Assembly (NCBI GenBank): GCA_051294375.1 | Contig: CM119267.1 | Span: 24,873,783-24,937,782 of the forward strand | Length of the DNA: 64,000 nt | Source of the DNA: Paraspadella gotoi | Taxonomy: Eukaryota > Animalia > Chaetognatha | Reading direction: 5' to 3' | In this document: positions 39,732 through 53,589 of the stretch, piece after piece | Numbering within the stretch: the stretch's first letter is position 1 | Layout: each line of letters begins with the position of its first letter | Program-made: the position numbers and the translations under genes | The notes under the pieces: model-generated | What the model was told of the DNA's origin: nothing | The model's input: only the letters and a program-made list of their open reading frames with translations | Databases searched by the model: none

Positions 39732-42700
39732 TCAATAAACCCAGGAGACTGGAACCCAGGAGGACTGAGTGTGGAGGCGTTGGATGGCTTTAAGGAGCTT
39801 GTCGAGGGAAGAGTCCATGTTGTCGTTTTCGATGACCATGTCGAAATATTTTCCGTAGGCAGACTCGATGCGAAGGCTCTCCGATACGGTTCGCTGTTTA
39901 AAGCGGGAAAAGAAAATGGAAATGCAAAAACGTATGTGAAGATTTCTTTTCATTCATGACGTTTTACGTAAAGTGACGTTATTTTTCGCCAAATTTGAAA
40001 AAGCCTCTGCATAAGGTGCTAAGAGGGCTGAAGACTTTTATCCGTAACTTCTTAAGCCCCTTCTATCAGCCTTGGAACTGGTCCTGGACTTGGAAACAGG
40101 CTTTGGGGTTAATACGGCTTTAAGTGGTTTACGGCCGTCCTCACGCTTCCGGTAGGGTAGTAGGTTCCGGGTTGGGATTGAACCCGGTACTGAGGGGACG
40201 ATAAATATTATTGGGGTGAACCTGGGCAATGCCCGCTGCAAAACAACCCCGAGATAGTCGATCCCCTTCGTTCCCCTTCCATCCTCCCCACAGGCAGACC
40301 TGGAGGTCGTGGTCAGTGACGACCCGGCCGCCGACCGTTGCGATGGTGGCCGTACTCGCCGTCATGTCTGTATTGATAGGTTGGTTCAACACGCGCTGCG
40401 GCCGTCGTCGCATCGTTCTGAGAGGAGGAAAGGGAGAAAGGAAATGAGTAAAGAGAGAAAAGAAAGGAGGAAAGAGAAAGGAAAGAAGGAAAAAAGGAAA
40501 GAGAAAGGAAAGGAGGAAAGGAAGAAAGAAAAAAGAGGGGTAAAAAGGTAAAAAAATTAATGAGAAATGGGTATAGAAAAAAGAGGAAGAGAGAGAGAGA
40601 GAGAGAGAAAAAAAAAGGAGGGAGAAAGAAATAGAAAAGTGGAGGGAGATTAAGAAAAGAAAACAAATAAAAAGAAATAGAAAATGAAAATAGAAAATAG
40701 AAATAGAAAACTTAAGTCTCTGTCAAACAACGTAAAATCCTAGCAGTTCCCAAATATTGTTTGGTGAACAAACTGAACATTTATCCCTTCGCGCTCTCTC
40801 TCTCTATCTCTCTCTCTCTCACCCTTTGTCGACTCCCTTGTAGCTCGGGTCGTCGCTCCGAGCCGCCGCCTCGTGCAGCTCCCTCAGCGTCTCCAGCGGC
40901 GGCGCTTTGATGAAGACGACGAAGGGCATGAATTCCGATGTGCGCAGGACTTTGATGGCCTGTGGTGAGGAAGGGGGAATGAATAAAGCTTTGATGGCTT
41001 TAAAGAATAAAGCTTTAACTTTGATGGCCTGTGGTGAGGAAGGGGAATGAATAAAGCTTTGATGGCTTTAAAGAATAAAGCTTTGACTTTGATGGCCTGT
41101 GGTGAGGAAGGGGGAATGAATAAAGCTTTGATGGCTTTAAAGAATAAAGCTTTGACTTTGATGGCCTGTGGTGAGGAAGGGGGAATGAATAAAGCTTTTG
41201 GATGTTTGGGTTAAAGAAGAGGGAATGATGAATGGAGGAAGGATGGAAGGAGGTAAGAGGAATTAAATTCTTTTTATAGCGCGAGGAAAGAAGTTATAAG
41301 TATAAGTATTTAAGTCGTTATAGAGTTCATTTTTTCATAAATGACCTGAGGACTGACGTCCAAGATGCACATCTTTCCTTCGGAGATAACAGACTTGATC
41401 GAGTCGAGCCGTGTCCCGTACAAGTTGTACTCGTACTCTCCGCTCTCCAGGTAGAGGCCTTCGGGGAGAAACGGGGAAGGATAAAAGTCAAATCTTATTT
41501 TAAAAATGCTATAAATTAAAGCCAATAATGATATGAAAAAGTTGCTTGAAATACGGCAAAAAAATTCAGAAAGATTCAATTTAAAAAAATAATTAAAAAA
41601 AAATTATTTCATGTAAAAAATTAGTACCATTTTTGATATTATTTTTTAATTCATATTCTTTATCAGTCTCTCGCTTACCCTTCACGCATTCTCTCTATAG
41701 TAAAGCGTAGCAAAAATATTAATATCAAGTTGAATCAAAATTCAAATAATTCAAGTAATAGGGGTATATTTGCTAAATATAAAATTATTAATTTAATCTT
41801 TTTAAAAGTGCGTTAAGCAAATTAAGATCGGAAAATCGGTCAAAGAAAATAATCATATAGTAATTTCTGAAGAATATCGAATTTTTTAAAATTATTTTTG
41901 GAATGAAAAGCATTTTTAAAAAAAATTTTAAATTTCTCAAAAGGGCGGACAAATGCGGCTGAGATTTAATTAATAACTGATTAGTGATAAGATGTATCAT
42001 TAGGAACTAAATCTGGTTGTTTGAAATCGGTTGAAATTCGATGAGTTTTTACTATGTTTTTAATATCATACATAGTAACATAATATAAAAATCTTTTTTT
42101 TATTTGTTAACTAGACAAAGTGCTGATACCATAACAAAGTCAAATAATTTTTCTCTTTCACCCATGAGGGAGAAACAAACCTCTCAAAGAATCACCCAAA
42201 ATAGAGATTTGCTTATAACTTTAGAAAGAATAATTTTTGGAAACTGTTATCTTACATAAGACTTTGTGCCATTACTATGGAAAGACTGAATATGCATTTA
42301 TGCCCGTATGTTCAAGTGGCTTTTATCCGGTTTTTTTTTTTTTTTTTTTTGGATCACTGTGCCAGGGGTCCACTCCCAGGGCCCTGTATCCCTTGTCAGG
42401 GGTTGAATATTAAAATTCGCCTCGATAGTTCCATTTATATCGTCATTGAGACTCTAAATGTAAAATTTCATGAAAATCGATCAGGTAGTTTGGTAGGAAC
42501 GTGTTCTGGTCACAAAAAAGGAGTACCACATTTTATAATATGAAGCCTTCTGTATATTACGATGTATAAACAGTTTACGAAAATTGAGAAATTAAATTTT
42601 TTTTTACCGATCAATGTTCTTTAGTACAAGACTGTTCATGAACAACAATTCGAATTTTGATCTGCGACTTACACTACGCCTTATTCTATAGCTACTAGCT

Positions 42701-45700
42701 TACTTTCTGTATATCCCTATCCTATATCAACAATAACAAAGGCTTAAAACTCGCTCTTATCCTCTTCGACAAAGTTACGACTCCGGTTTTTTTTCATTTT
42801 GACGCGGAAAAAGAGAAATCGAATAAAAACGAAGGAAAAATCATGAACGTGGACAAGAAACGAGGAAGCAGTTACCAGTGAGTAAAAGGGAACGTATTCT
42901 AATGATTTCGGAAAGAGGGGAAAGGGGTTTGGGAAAAGAGAAACTTTATTTCAATGACGAAAAAAACTTTTTTTCTCCTCCAGGCGGCAGAAGGGAAGGC
43001 CTTCCTCCGCGGACAAACGCGACCGTAAACATTCCCGCTCTAAATCACGTTAGTTGGATTGAGTGATGGGGGCGGGGGTGGGAGTTTATTTAAAGAATGA
43101 TACAACAACAATAACAAAAACTATCTCCTCCTTCCCACTCCTACAGCAAGAAGCCGCTCTCGCTCCCATGGCCACGGCGACGGGCGTTCCCGATCAAGAA
43201 GCTCTAAGAACGAATCGCGCTCCCGCTCGAGGAGCAAGTCCTCCGGATCGGGTGAGAAAAGGAACGAGGATAAAGATAATTTTATAGCGGCTTCGGCTTT
43301 GGTTTCCAACCTCGACCATTCTTAATAATTTCAGAACATCACAGCCGTAACCATGGTCACGGAGATAAGCGTTCTCACTCAAGCTCACGCAGCAACTCTT
43401 CGGAAGACTCTGGTGTGGCGTGATAGGTTGAGGGGGAGTAGGTTTGAGAAATTATGACAAATATGATAAATTTGGATCGCTCGCTCAGGATCCGCGGAGA
43501 AATCCACGAAGAAGATCGACAAATTGGCCAAAGCCAACAAAAACATCAATGCTAAATCGAGCGGCGCCAGCAGCAGCGTTAAGAAGCGCCCAAGGTCGCT
43601 CGCGGCTCGTTCCAAGTCGCGGCCCGGCCGCGGCCGCCCCAAGTCGGCCGCGGGGCGTCGCAAGTCGGTCGGGCGCCAGGCAGGCGGCAAGAAGCGTGCG
43701 CGTTCCGCTTCTAAGTCTGGGATGAAGAATCGCGGGAAATCGGGCGTCAAACGTCCCAAATCTGGATCTAGAGCTACGGCGGGCAAGAAGCGTCGCTAAT
43801 AGGGTGCCAAAGCCACTCATTTTCAAATGGGGGTCGAGTGACGAAAACCAAAGGACAGAAAAGTGAAATAATGAAGGGAAAAAATTAATATCAATCATAA
43901 ATTTTTACTTTTGATAATCTAATCGTATGATTTTAACACTGAAACCTTACTGTAGTCGCGAAACTTAATAAAATTACTTCATAAAGCGTTAATGTTCAAA
44001 AAAAAATTTCAGGAGAGAAATTATTTTTTTAAATTTTTAATGTTTACGACTGATGATACTCATATAGACTCACCATTAGGGTGAGAGGGATTTTGGAAAA
44101 TGTTATTCGTTTTCAAGATATTTAGATTTAAAGCCAAAATCTCATTATTCTTTTTTTTTTCCTATGAAGAAAATTGAATTTGGAAAATCCCTCTCATAGA
44201 ATTGGGGACCTTCACCTCAAGTAAAATTATGTTAAATTTCTTACAAATCCGCTTCGCCGTTTGGGCTGCAACTCTTCTGATAGGTTTCTTTTATTTTATA
44301 TAGTAATATAAAATTCGAAAAAACACCAACGGGTTTGAAGAAATAATAAAGTGAATACATTCTCGGAATTTTCGGGACCTCTACTTTCCAAATACTATCT
44401 TTGTGTTACCCTATTTATAACTTTTGGCGAGTGATCCCAGGCCTCAAGTAGGTTAAAATTATAAAAAACTATATTTTTAAGTTCGAAATTAAAAATTAAC
44501 ATTTTAAATATAGTTTTTTACATTAACCAACTTAATGAAAGAATTTTTAAAAAAGAATTATACTTTCTTATATTAACTTTTTGCAATAAATCCAAATCCG
44601 ATCTTAAAATTAAAAAATTTGCAATTTGAAATTTTAGCTTATTATATACTTATTACTATATATAAATATAGGTCACTGGTGCCCACTAATGTATAAAATT
44701 AAAAAATAAATTTACCAAAGTATTTTTATTGGTTTTTATTTTCATGTTTTATATGCTAAATTTTAATTTTCTAAAATTTTATCATTTTCACATCACTCTA
44801 CTACTCACCATCCATGATGTCCTGCTGCATCTCGGCCTTGTCGACGAACCAATATCCTTTCCCGTCCTCCTCCCCTTCTCGCATCTCTCGACTCGTCGTC
44901 GGAATCGTCGTCCCATAACTCGTCCCGTCTTGGTTGATCAATTTGTTTTTGAGGCTTCGACGTCCGACCCCCTTAGAAAGAGGGGGTCAGAGACGAGGGG
45001 AAAGACGGAGAAAGAGAGACGCGAGGCAAGAGGGAGAGATTGAGTAAGGAGGGATGGAGAGACGGTGGTAGATTAAAGGGGGACAGACCGAGATTTACGA
45101 AAATTTCACATAGCCTCTTCAATTAAACTATAATAGATCTTCCCCCTAAGCCTTGGCCCTCCTTACCTGCGCTCCGATAAGAACGAGCGTCTTACGCTTG
45201 AAGGGCGGCATCTTGGCCACCTCCTCATAGACGCTGATGTCGTTGGGGTCGAACTCTGCGCTTCGTTTGGCCACGAAAAGCGTCTTCTTCTTTTTCTTAG
45301 TGAGGATCGTACCGCAGGCCACGCTCGAGGTCGTGTAGTCGAAGTCGGGCTTGACGAAGGCCATGCGGTTCTCCTGGAAAAGACAAGCGCGAATATTCGA
45401 TGAGATTGGATTCCCTCTATGACCTTCATTGCAACCGAGGCAGCAAATGATCCACCACCTGAACGGTTTGGGACGGGATGAGACCCGTTTGAGCTTCGGA
45501 GGGAAGGATATGCGAGGATTCCACGATTTTCGCCTGCCACCACGACGGGTCCTCTTGATTTAATACCTATAGATATTAATCGATTATTGAACAAGATTCT
45601 TATTTTTGGAATTTAAAATTTCCGCATCAATCTTAACAAAATCGACGAACCTGAAGAATATCGCCCTCCCGGAACTGGACGCCTGCCTCCTTGCAGGGTA

Positions 45701-47855
45701 TGAGGGAGTCCTTGATAGGGTCATAGTTGAAGAAGGCTTTGACGAAGACTTGACTGGAGACCATGTGGTCGTAGTAAGAGGGGACGATCTTCAAGGTGAT
45801 AGAGCCGTTGGCCCGTTGGATCGTCGTTTGAAGCTAGACGGAGGAAATAGAGGGAGAGATGATGAAAGGAATAAAGAAAGAGGGGAGAAGAATTAAGGGA
45901 AGTAGAGAGGGAAAATGAGAGGAAGGGGAGTAAATGAAAGTAAGAAAGCAGAGAGTGAGAAGAAGACATTTTCAAAGAGAAATGAGAAGAGAACTGAAAC
46001 AATTTTTTGATTAAGGAAGAAACTACCAACTATAAAATTATTCACACTCGACCAATTATTCCACCCCTTCCCACCCAGGACCAAATTCCACTACTCTTCC
46101 CACCCTGGACCAATCATTCCACCCAGGATCAAATTCCACTACTCTTCCTACCATTAACAAATCATTCCATCCCCTTTCCCACCACCCAATTATTTTAACC
46201 AGTCTTTCTCCACCCCCAACCCCCTCAACAAACCTGAAGCGGAGATGAGACGGCGACCCCGTTGATTTCCTTGATGACGTCGCCCACGTGCAAGAGGCCC
46301 TGACGGTCGATCATCCCGCCCGCCATGATCCTGGCGATGGCCAGCTCTCCTTTCTCGTTCTCCTTGACGGTGATGCCGAGATGCTCTCCGGGAACTTTCC
46401 GGATGCCCACCATTCGGATCGAGTCGGCGCCGGGACCCTCGTAGTCGTCCACCGACGCCAACTCGGCGGAACCCGAGGTCGCGCTGAGTCGCCCGTTGCT
46501 CGTCGGGTCAGACTCTCGCTTTATTTTGAGAATTGGGGATTGGGGGGATGAAAGCCAATTTAGTAGGATAAAAGATTGCCTGTACCGTGTGCAATGTATG
46601 AAATTGATACAAACAATATAAAAATTATCCATTCATTTTGACTTTGGACACTGGACTGGCTTGCAATCATGACTCTCTCACTCAGTCTAGTTAAATAACT
46701 AGCAGAGTATTTGGCCTTCCTCTCAATGAAGTCGTATATTTCGTATAACTTATATACAGTTTGTAAACAATGTCCAGTTGCCTCACACCTGCATCTTGGC
46801 CTTGGCGATGGCATCGTGCGTGTCCAGGAGGGATCGAATTTGCAGGTTCTTGAGGAGGCGCGCGAGTTCGGCGGCGCCGGGGCGTCCGCGACGTTCGAGG
46901 ATGTTGAGGTCATCGAGGATACCGTTCACCGTCTCGTGACTGCAGAGGGGATTAAAGGTGATCCTTATTGTGATAACTAATTGTGTTTGTGTAAGGTAAA
47001 GTAAAAAAGAAATAAAAGGATCAAACTCTCTGACGACTATCGGTCTCTTTAAAGAAAAATAAAACCGGTTTTTTTGAGTCAAAACCGATAAAAATCTAGA
47101 AACAAGATTCCCCACAGAATCGCGGGAGACGTGTGCTCTTTTCCTTTAGATGCCTTTATAAGTTTACATGTCATACTACTGTGTTTATTTATTGAAAAAT
47201 AACGGAACCATGAAAAAATACAGTAAAAAAAATTTAATTTTTAATTTTTTTAGATTTTATATGTGAAAGTGATCGTTTTATGTATAAATGTAGTCGTAAT
47301 ATGCTAATTGATCACTGAAGAAAGCGAACCTGTTTGGAGGACCCTCGGGATTCAAAGAGTGAAATTCAGATTCGTCATTGTTCAACTGATGATGACCCAA
47401 AGCGAGAGATTTCAAAACCGGCGAAGTCGTTAATCCTAAACAATGAAGTAAAGTTGGAGTCCCGGATTGCGAGGTAAATGACAACGAAATGTCTCGGGAC
47501 CAACGGGGTGAACCTGGTGTGGGCCAGGTCACTACTTTTTCTTCAGAACTCTATGAAATATCCACATTTAGAGAAATGTTTTTCTCGCGGGGGGGCATCT
47601 TATATTATTATTTATTGTTGACCTTATGGTTAGTGGTAGAATGCTCGCATTGTTCTTCTTGCTGTTTTACTTGATAATGTTTATGAATTTTATCTAAAAT
47701 CCTTCTAATTTGATGAATTCCTCTTCCTCTTTTCTGTTAACTACCTAAGTTGAATATGTTGCCACGAGACTCTTAAACTGACCTTGCAAGAAGATGAGGT
47801 CCGTCTCTTGAGGAAGAGTCCCCAAAGAGGAATTGCTGAGAGTCGAATCATTCAT
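39732..47855 (-). CDS. MPP6: p55-subfamily MAGUK (L27-L27-PDZ-SH3-HOOK-GK), MPP6/MPP2 (PALS2/varicose)-like
   Basis: About 12 exons: [126 protein letters not shown]. Confidence 0.9.
40950..41198. repeat. 69-bp tandem repeat duplicating a MAGUK splice acceptor
   Basis: GGCCTGTGGTGAGG recurs at 40957, 41026, 41094 and 41163 (periods 69, 68, 69). Confidence 0.9.
41760..42361 (-). mobile_element. Truncated Transib-like copy
   Basis: Reverse complement of ~4748-5345, ending GGATCACTGTG. Confidence 0.8.
42843..43799 (+). CDS. Nested protamine-like / sperm nuclear basic protein (197 aa, R/S/K-rich, AT-hook-like motif)
   Basis: Exons 42843-42877, 42984-43048, 43147-43251, 43335-43412 and 43489-43799 splice in frame (594 nt): MNVDKKRGSSYQRQKGRPSS...RSRSRS...RPGRGRPK...AGKKRR*. 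Confidence 0.75.
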
Positions 47856-48745
47856 TTTTTTTTGTTAACCGCAGAGTTTCGTGATTTACAGACAGATCTT
47901 TTTTAGGTTTTTTTTTTTCTTTTTTCAAAATCCGAGGTTGAAAAATTGCTGCATTTAAAGACGAATATATTTCGAGATTCTAAGTTCGTATTTTTTATTT
48001 AGTTAATCGGTGCTTGAATCCATTAGGGTAAATACGGCGTGAAAAAAACCCGCCATCAATTAAGCGCGGAGTTTTTAAAAAAAAAACTTTTTAATAAAAG
48101 TGATGTTTAGGAGGCATGCAATGTAAATCTGAAATGAAAATGGCATTTTGTTGAGTATAAGAAGAATTTAAAAAAATATTTCTCGCTTTAAAAGAAACAA
48201 GAAAAAAAAAAAAAAAAACACTCGAACATATCAATTTTTTTTCAAGTTGCAAAATTAAAGTCATTGACATTTCGTAGTTTGTTAGTTATCGAATGTCAAA
48301 AGCGGAACGAAAACAAAAACTGTCAAAAAAGATGTTTTTTTTCACTTGACTTTGTTTTTAAAGTCTTATTTGGCATTTTTGTTATATTTTTTCGTTTATT
48401 TTTTTTTCAAAGGCGAACTATGTTGGTCGCGAGGTTTTGAGTCAAATGAGCTTAAAAACCGAAGTCGGAAAAAAAACGAAGAAAAAAGAATTTTTTTCGG
48501 CGCTGAGAGTCGACAAATAAAAAATACAAAAATCGGCAAAAATTAAATCAATTAATATAGAATTAATTGGAACAGAAATGAGCAACTGAAAAAAGAAATT
48601 TATTGAATGATTCCCATCTTTTCTCCATCATCTGTGCTTTCCTTGCAGCTGCTCCTTATCATCACTACCCCATTTCTTCCCTATCTGTCTGTCATTTCTC
48701 CATCATCTGTGCTTTCCTACCAGATTTTCTCCATCGCCACAACTT

Positions 48746-51700
48746 TCAATCCGCCCCGGCCGCTGTCGTATCATCCGACTCGTCTCCTTCTTCCTGTTTG
48801 TAAACAGGGGGCTCGGTGATGGTGGAGCCGCTCCGCACCGCCTCCTCGCGGCGCCGGCGCCGCCTTTCCCGCCATTTTCGGCATCTGTTGTTCCAGTGGA
48901 TGATCATGTAGATGCTGACGATGAAGAGGAGGCCACCGGTAGCGCCGACTATGATGAAGACGCGGATGAGAAGGGGGACTTTGACGAAGTGAACGCGGAT
49001 GGGAAATCGAAAGGTGAAGTCACACGACGGGAATCTGAGAATAATAAAAAAAAAACAAAAAAAATTTTTTTTAAATTCGTAAACCCCCCCCCAAAAAAAA
49101 AGAAAGAGGGGAAAATTTAAAAAAAAATGATGTGGCGGTCTATTCACACCACCTCACGTCCACCATTGTTCAGCCAAATCCATTGGCTCAGAGGGGGAAC
49201 ACAACATCCCAGCTGTAGTGATCCATCCATAGTCCTAATGACTTCCCCTCTGCGTTGGCAAAGCGAGACCGTCCTAGGTAACCGCGCCAGTGACTGGATG
49301 TGTCACTGAGGGTTGGAAGCCCCAAAGCCAACAGTGAGATGCCCCATCCCAATGGGCATCACAGGCAACCCGGCTGTTGCCATAAGTGGTGAGCCCTACT
49401 ATCGAATACGCAACCTTCTCAGGGTACGCTACGACAAATGCCTATGCCCTGCCGACTTCGGGTATGCTACGACAAACGACTATGCCCCCACCACTCGCAC
49501 TCTCTCTCTCTCTTCCACTATGGTAACAGTCTTGTCAGACACCTCTCAGGCTTGAGGAATTTGAGTGATGTCTTGGCCCGGGGATTCTGTGGCAGTATAT
49601 TCACACCGCCTCATGTCCACCATTGTTCAGCCAAATCCATTGGCTCAGAGGGGGAACCCACCATCCCAAGTTTTTATTGTTCCATCCACAGTGCTAACGA
49701 CTTCCCTCTGCGTTGGCAAAGCGAGACCGTCCTAGGGTAACCGCGCCAGTGACTGGATGCGTCACTGAGGGTCGGAAGCCCCCAAAGCCAAGAGTGAAAT
49801 GCCCCATCCCAATGGGTATCACAGGCAACCCGGCTGTTGCCATAATGGCATAAATTAAATGAAAGGAAGAAAAAAAACCTTTCCGCGATCCCAATGTTGG
49901 AGAATTCCATGAGAAAGAAATAGACGGGCGGAATGAACCACTTGAGCGGAAGGCGATTGTAGCAGTCGAGCGAAGAGACTTCGCAACCAAATTGAAAGTA
50001 ATTCTCTAAACTTCCGTCGTAGATCTTTTGATTATGAACTGTGCACTCGCGATCTTTTTGGTCGGGGAACAGCGGGATCTCGCTGAGACGAAAAAAGAAT
50101 AGAGAGAGATTCGCAACCAAATCAATAGTGAAGAGGAGAGGGGGCGAGAGAGACCTGCTTGAAGAGTCGGACTCGGGAACGGCGAGAATGGCCTCGTCAG
50201 GTTTGAAGAGATCCTTCTGGTGAGCGGAGGCGCGGCACAAAGGGTTCGACTTCATCACGACGTCGGGGGTCCAATACTCTAGCTCTTTCCAATTCCTTCC
50301 GCCGCCGATGATGTTCAAAGTGAATTTGTCGTCGTACAATCGAGTCCAGCCGGTCGACTGCGAGTCGGGCCAAAGGAACGACAAACGCACACACTCTTTC
50401 TTTCTCTCTTTAACAGTCCCACCTGTTGTTCAAAATAGAACTGAGGCTGAAAGGATTCCAGACTGTGCAGACAGATGGGAACGCCGGCGGGGTTGTAGCC
50501 GATCGGAGGTCCCTCGTCGTCGATGTCGATGCAGTCCCAGTGCGAAGATTTTAAACGAGTTCTATTAGTAATATTTAAAACCTTATTGGTTAAAATTTTA
50601 AAAAAACATGGGGCTTATTGTACATCAAATAGGACCCCAGATCCCTCTGTTAGACAGGGATGAATTCCAAATCGCGCGGATGGCTTCGGTTCAATGGTTA
50701 CGATCACAATAAGGAAAAAAAAATACAGATGAAGAATAACAAAAGGAAGGCACTTTTCCTAATTTTTCCGGACCTGTTTATCCGCACACTGATATCCGGC
50801 GGGCACCCGATGTGGACCGTCGTCTTGGCAACGCCAAGGAACGGAGACTCTGTCTCGGAAAGGCGTTCGCCACGGAGCGGACAGCGGAATCCGGCTTCGG
50901 TCAAGCGAAGAGAAACTTCCACAGGTACGTTGGCCACACCAGGCGCCTGTTGGGGAATGATTGACCGAGCCAGATCGCTGGCCGTCGGAAAAAAGATACA
51001 AAATTTACTCGAATTTCCGGGCAAAGATCATTTTCATCTCGCGCCAACTGCAAACCTCGTCCTTATCGACACCAAAAAGTCGATAGTCAAGTTCTCTAGG
51101 TGCACGACTTTCTGGACGGTGAACTGCAGCAGCGTCGCGTCGGAGGTGCTGACGATTAGATCCAAATCCCTGAGACGATCTTTGAGTTTCCGTCGAGTCT
51201 CGATCCGCAAAGACTTAAACCCCTCCTGGGTCGAATTTATCGCATTCTCCGACAAAGGCGGGAGGTTCAAGTCCTGTGAGTGGTCGTGGACGTTAAGTCA
51301 TCAAAAGTAGTCAACCGCCAAAGTTTAACCGCTGAAACCTTTTGCAGGATGTCGTCGAGAAAGCTGTTGATATTGTCGAGGACGGCGTGGACTTTAATGC
51401 TGATAACGGACTCAATGACCCAGATGTTTTCGGGAAAGGCGGCCAGCGTCTTGGTGAGCTTGGGCCGGTTCAGATAAAAAACGTCCGTGTAAAAAAGGCT
51501 CGTTTCTGCTTGTACTTTTTTGTACTGCAGGAGACGTCGGTCGATGGATGAAATAGAATATTCATAATTCGATTATTAGTGAGAGTCAATTTATGTTAAT
51601 TAAATCGAAGACTGTTAAATTATCCACCCGCAAAAAATTGGAGATGTTCTTAGCGAGATCGAAGTAGCCTCTTCCGCTCATGTGAAAGAGCGCCATTCCC

Positions 51701-53552
51701 TTTTGGTCGCCGAAGTACTTTGTCCAGAACTTTTCATCGGTGTCCATCGGGAGGTTCTGATCCTTGAGAACCTCGAGAGGCAGGGAAGCCACCTTCAAAA
51801 TTAATTTGAGGAGGATACAGTCGAGCTTCTCCCACCTCTTCCTTTTCTATCGCTTATTCTTTCAATTCCCTCGCCTTTCCTTTCTCTCACCGTCCAATAA
51901 GCCAACATATCAGCTTCGGACAAATAACCCGGCGGATCGCGCCACGCCTCTGGCGAGTGAAACGTCCAATGGTTATTACTGAAAAAGCGAAAAAAATAGA
52001 AAAACCGCGATATAAAAAGCCTACCATACTGTATATATGAGAAAGGACAACCGAGTGGCAACGGCGTAAGGCTCTATCTCGTAGAAAACGCGAGCATACG
52101 GGCAAAAGCCCCGGTTGTAAGCGGTGGGAGGCAGAGAAGGGGGCGGGGAAGAGGGGTTCTCCTCCTCCTCCGCAGCCAACGACTCCGCCTCCTCGTTGGC
52201 GAAAAAGGCGGCTAAGTTTTCCGTCGTCCACATATCGTCGAGAGGAAATTCCTCGTGATGAATTCCACCTGAATGGAGAAGCTCCAAAGTTTAATCCCAG
52301 CATTATCATATCACCATCAATTCGCTATCATATCACTATCATGTCAATAAATCATCATAAAACGACCTCCGCCATCGCAGAGAAGAAAGACTCGGCCGAA
52401 ATCATCCTGAGTCAGGCCAACGGGTTTGTCGCAATCGAAGGATCTCTTCAACCTTTCGGTGTCGATAAGGGAGAGGGGGAATTAATCCTTATTGTTATCC
52501 CACCCGGCCACGCCTACCGATCTCGACTTGGCATTATTCACCGAATCAGCGTCAAAAAAATGGGATCGGACAGATCGGTCCAGAGATGAAGATCAGTCAA
52601 AGGATCCGCGACCAAGACGAAGAATCCCGAGGCGGCTTTGGCCAGCCAACAAAAAACGCCCTTTTTAAATTGGTCATGGGAAATTAATTTTGACTCATAA
52701 TAAAAAATCTTAAAAGCATAAGGATCGTCGCAATTTTGATACTAAAAAAAATTAAATTTGAGAAAAAAAAATTAATTCTATTTTGCGATTGTCAATTAAA
52801 AAAATAATAAAGTACCGAGGAAAATTAAAGTTACAGTTTCTGAAAAAAAAAAACTTTTTCATTGTCAAATAAACTGATCAGCAGACGCAGCCCTGAGAAA
52901 AAAAATCTTAAAAGCATAAGGATCGTCGCAATTGCATAGAAATCGTGGATTGACGACAAATTTTGATACTAAAAAAAATCAATTTTGAAAAAAAAAAAAA
53001 AATTATAAACAGAAAGAAAAAGAAGAAAAGAATAAATAAAGAATAGAAAGGAAAGAAAGAATAGAAAAAAAAGAATAGAAAGGAAAGAAAGAATAGAAAG
53101 GAAAGAAAGGAAAGAAAGAATAGAAAGGAAAGAAAGGAAAGAAAAGAATAGAAAGGAAAGAAAGAATAGAAAGGAAGAAAGAATAGAAAGGAAAGGAAAG
53201 AAAGAATAGAAAGGGGGAAAAAGAAAATTAATTTATAAACAGAAAGAAAAATTCTATTTTGCGATTGTCAATTTACAGTTCTGAAAAAAAAAAAAAAACA
53301 AAGTAAAATAACTTATTTTCGAGTTTAACTTTAAGCACGCATAAGCAAGCAGTTTGATCGAATGCGACCTCTCTAAACACTGTCAGCATTCCCAGACAAA
53401 AGACAAAGTGAAACTTGAATCAGACTGACGAAGTGAAGTAAAGACTAAAGTGAAATAAAAACCCGATGTTACTATAGCAAAATGATAACATGCACGAATG
53501 CGATGCCTAATTTTACGAGTTCAATCCCAATTCAATTTTTTTTTAAATAAAA

Positions 53553-53589
<37 letters not shown>

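Noticed and set aside
53420-53460. CTGACGA...GAAA as a hammerhead in the HINE cargo
   Set aside because: No properly placed stem II, stem III or NUH triplet.
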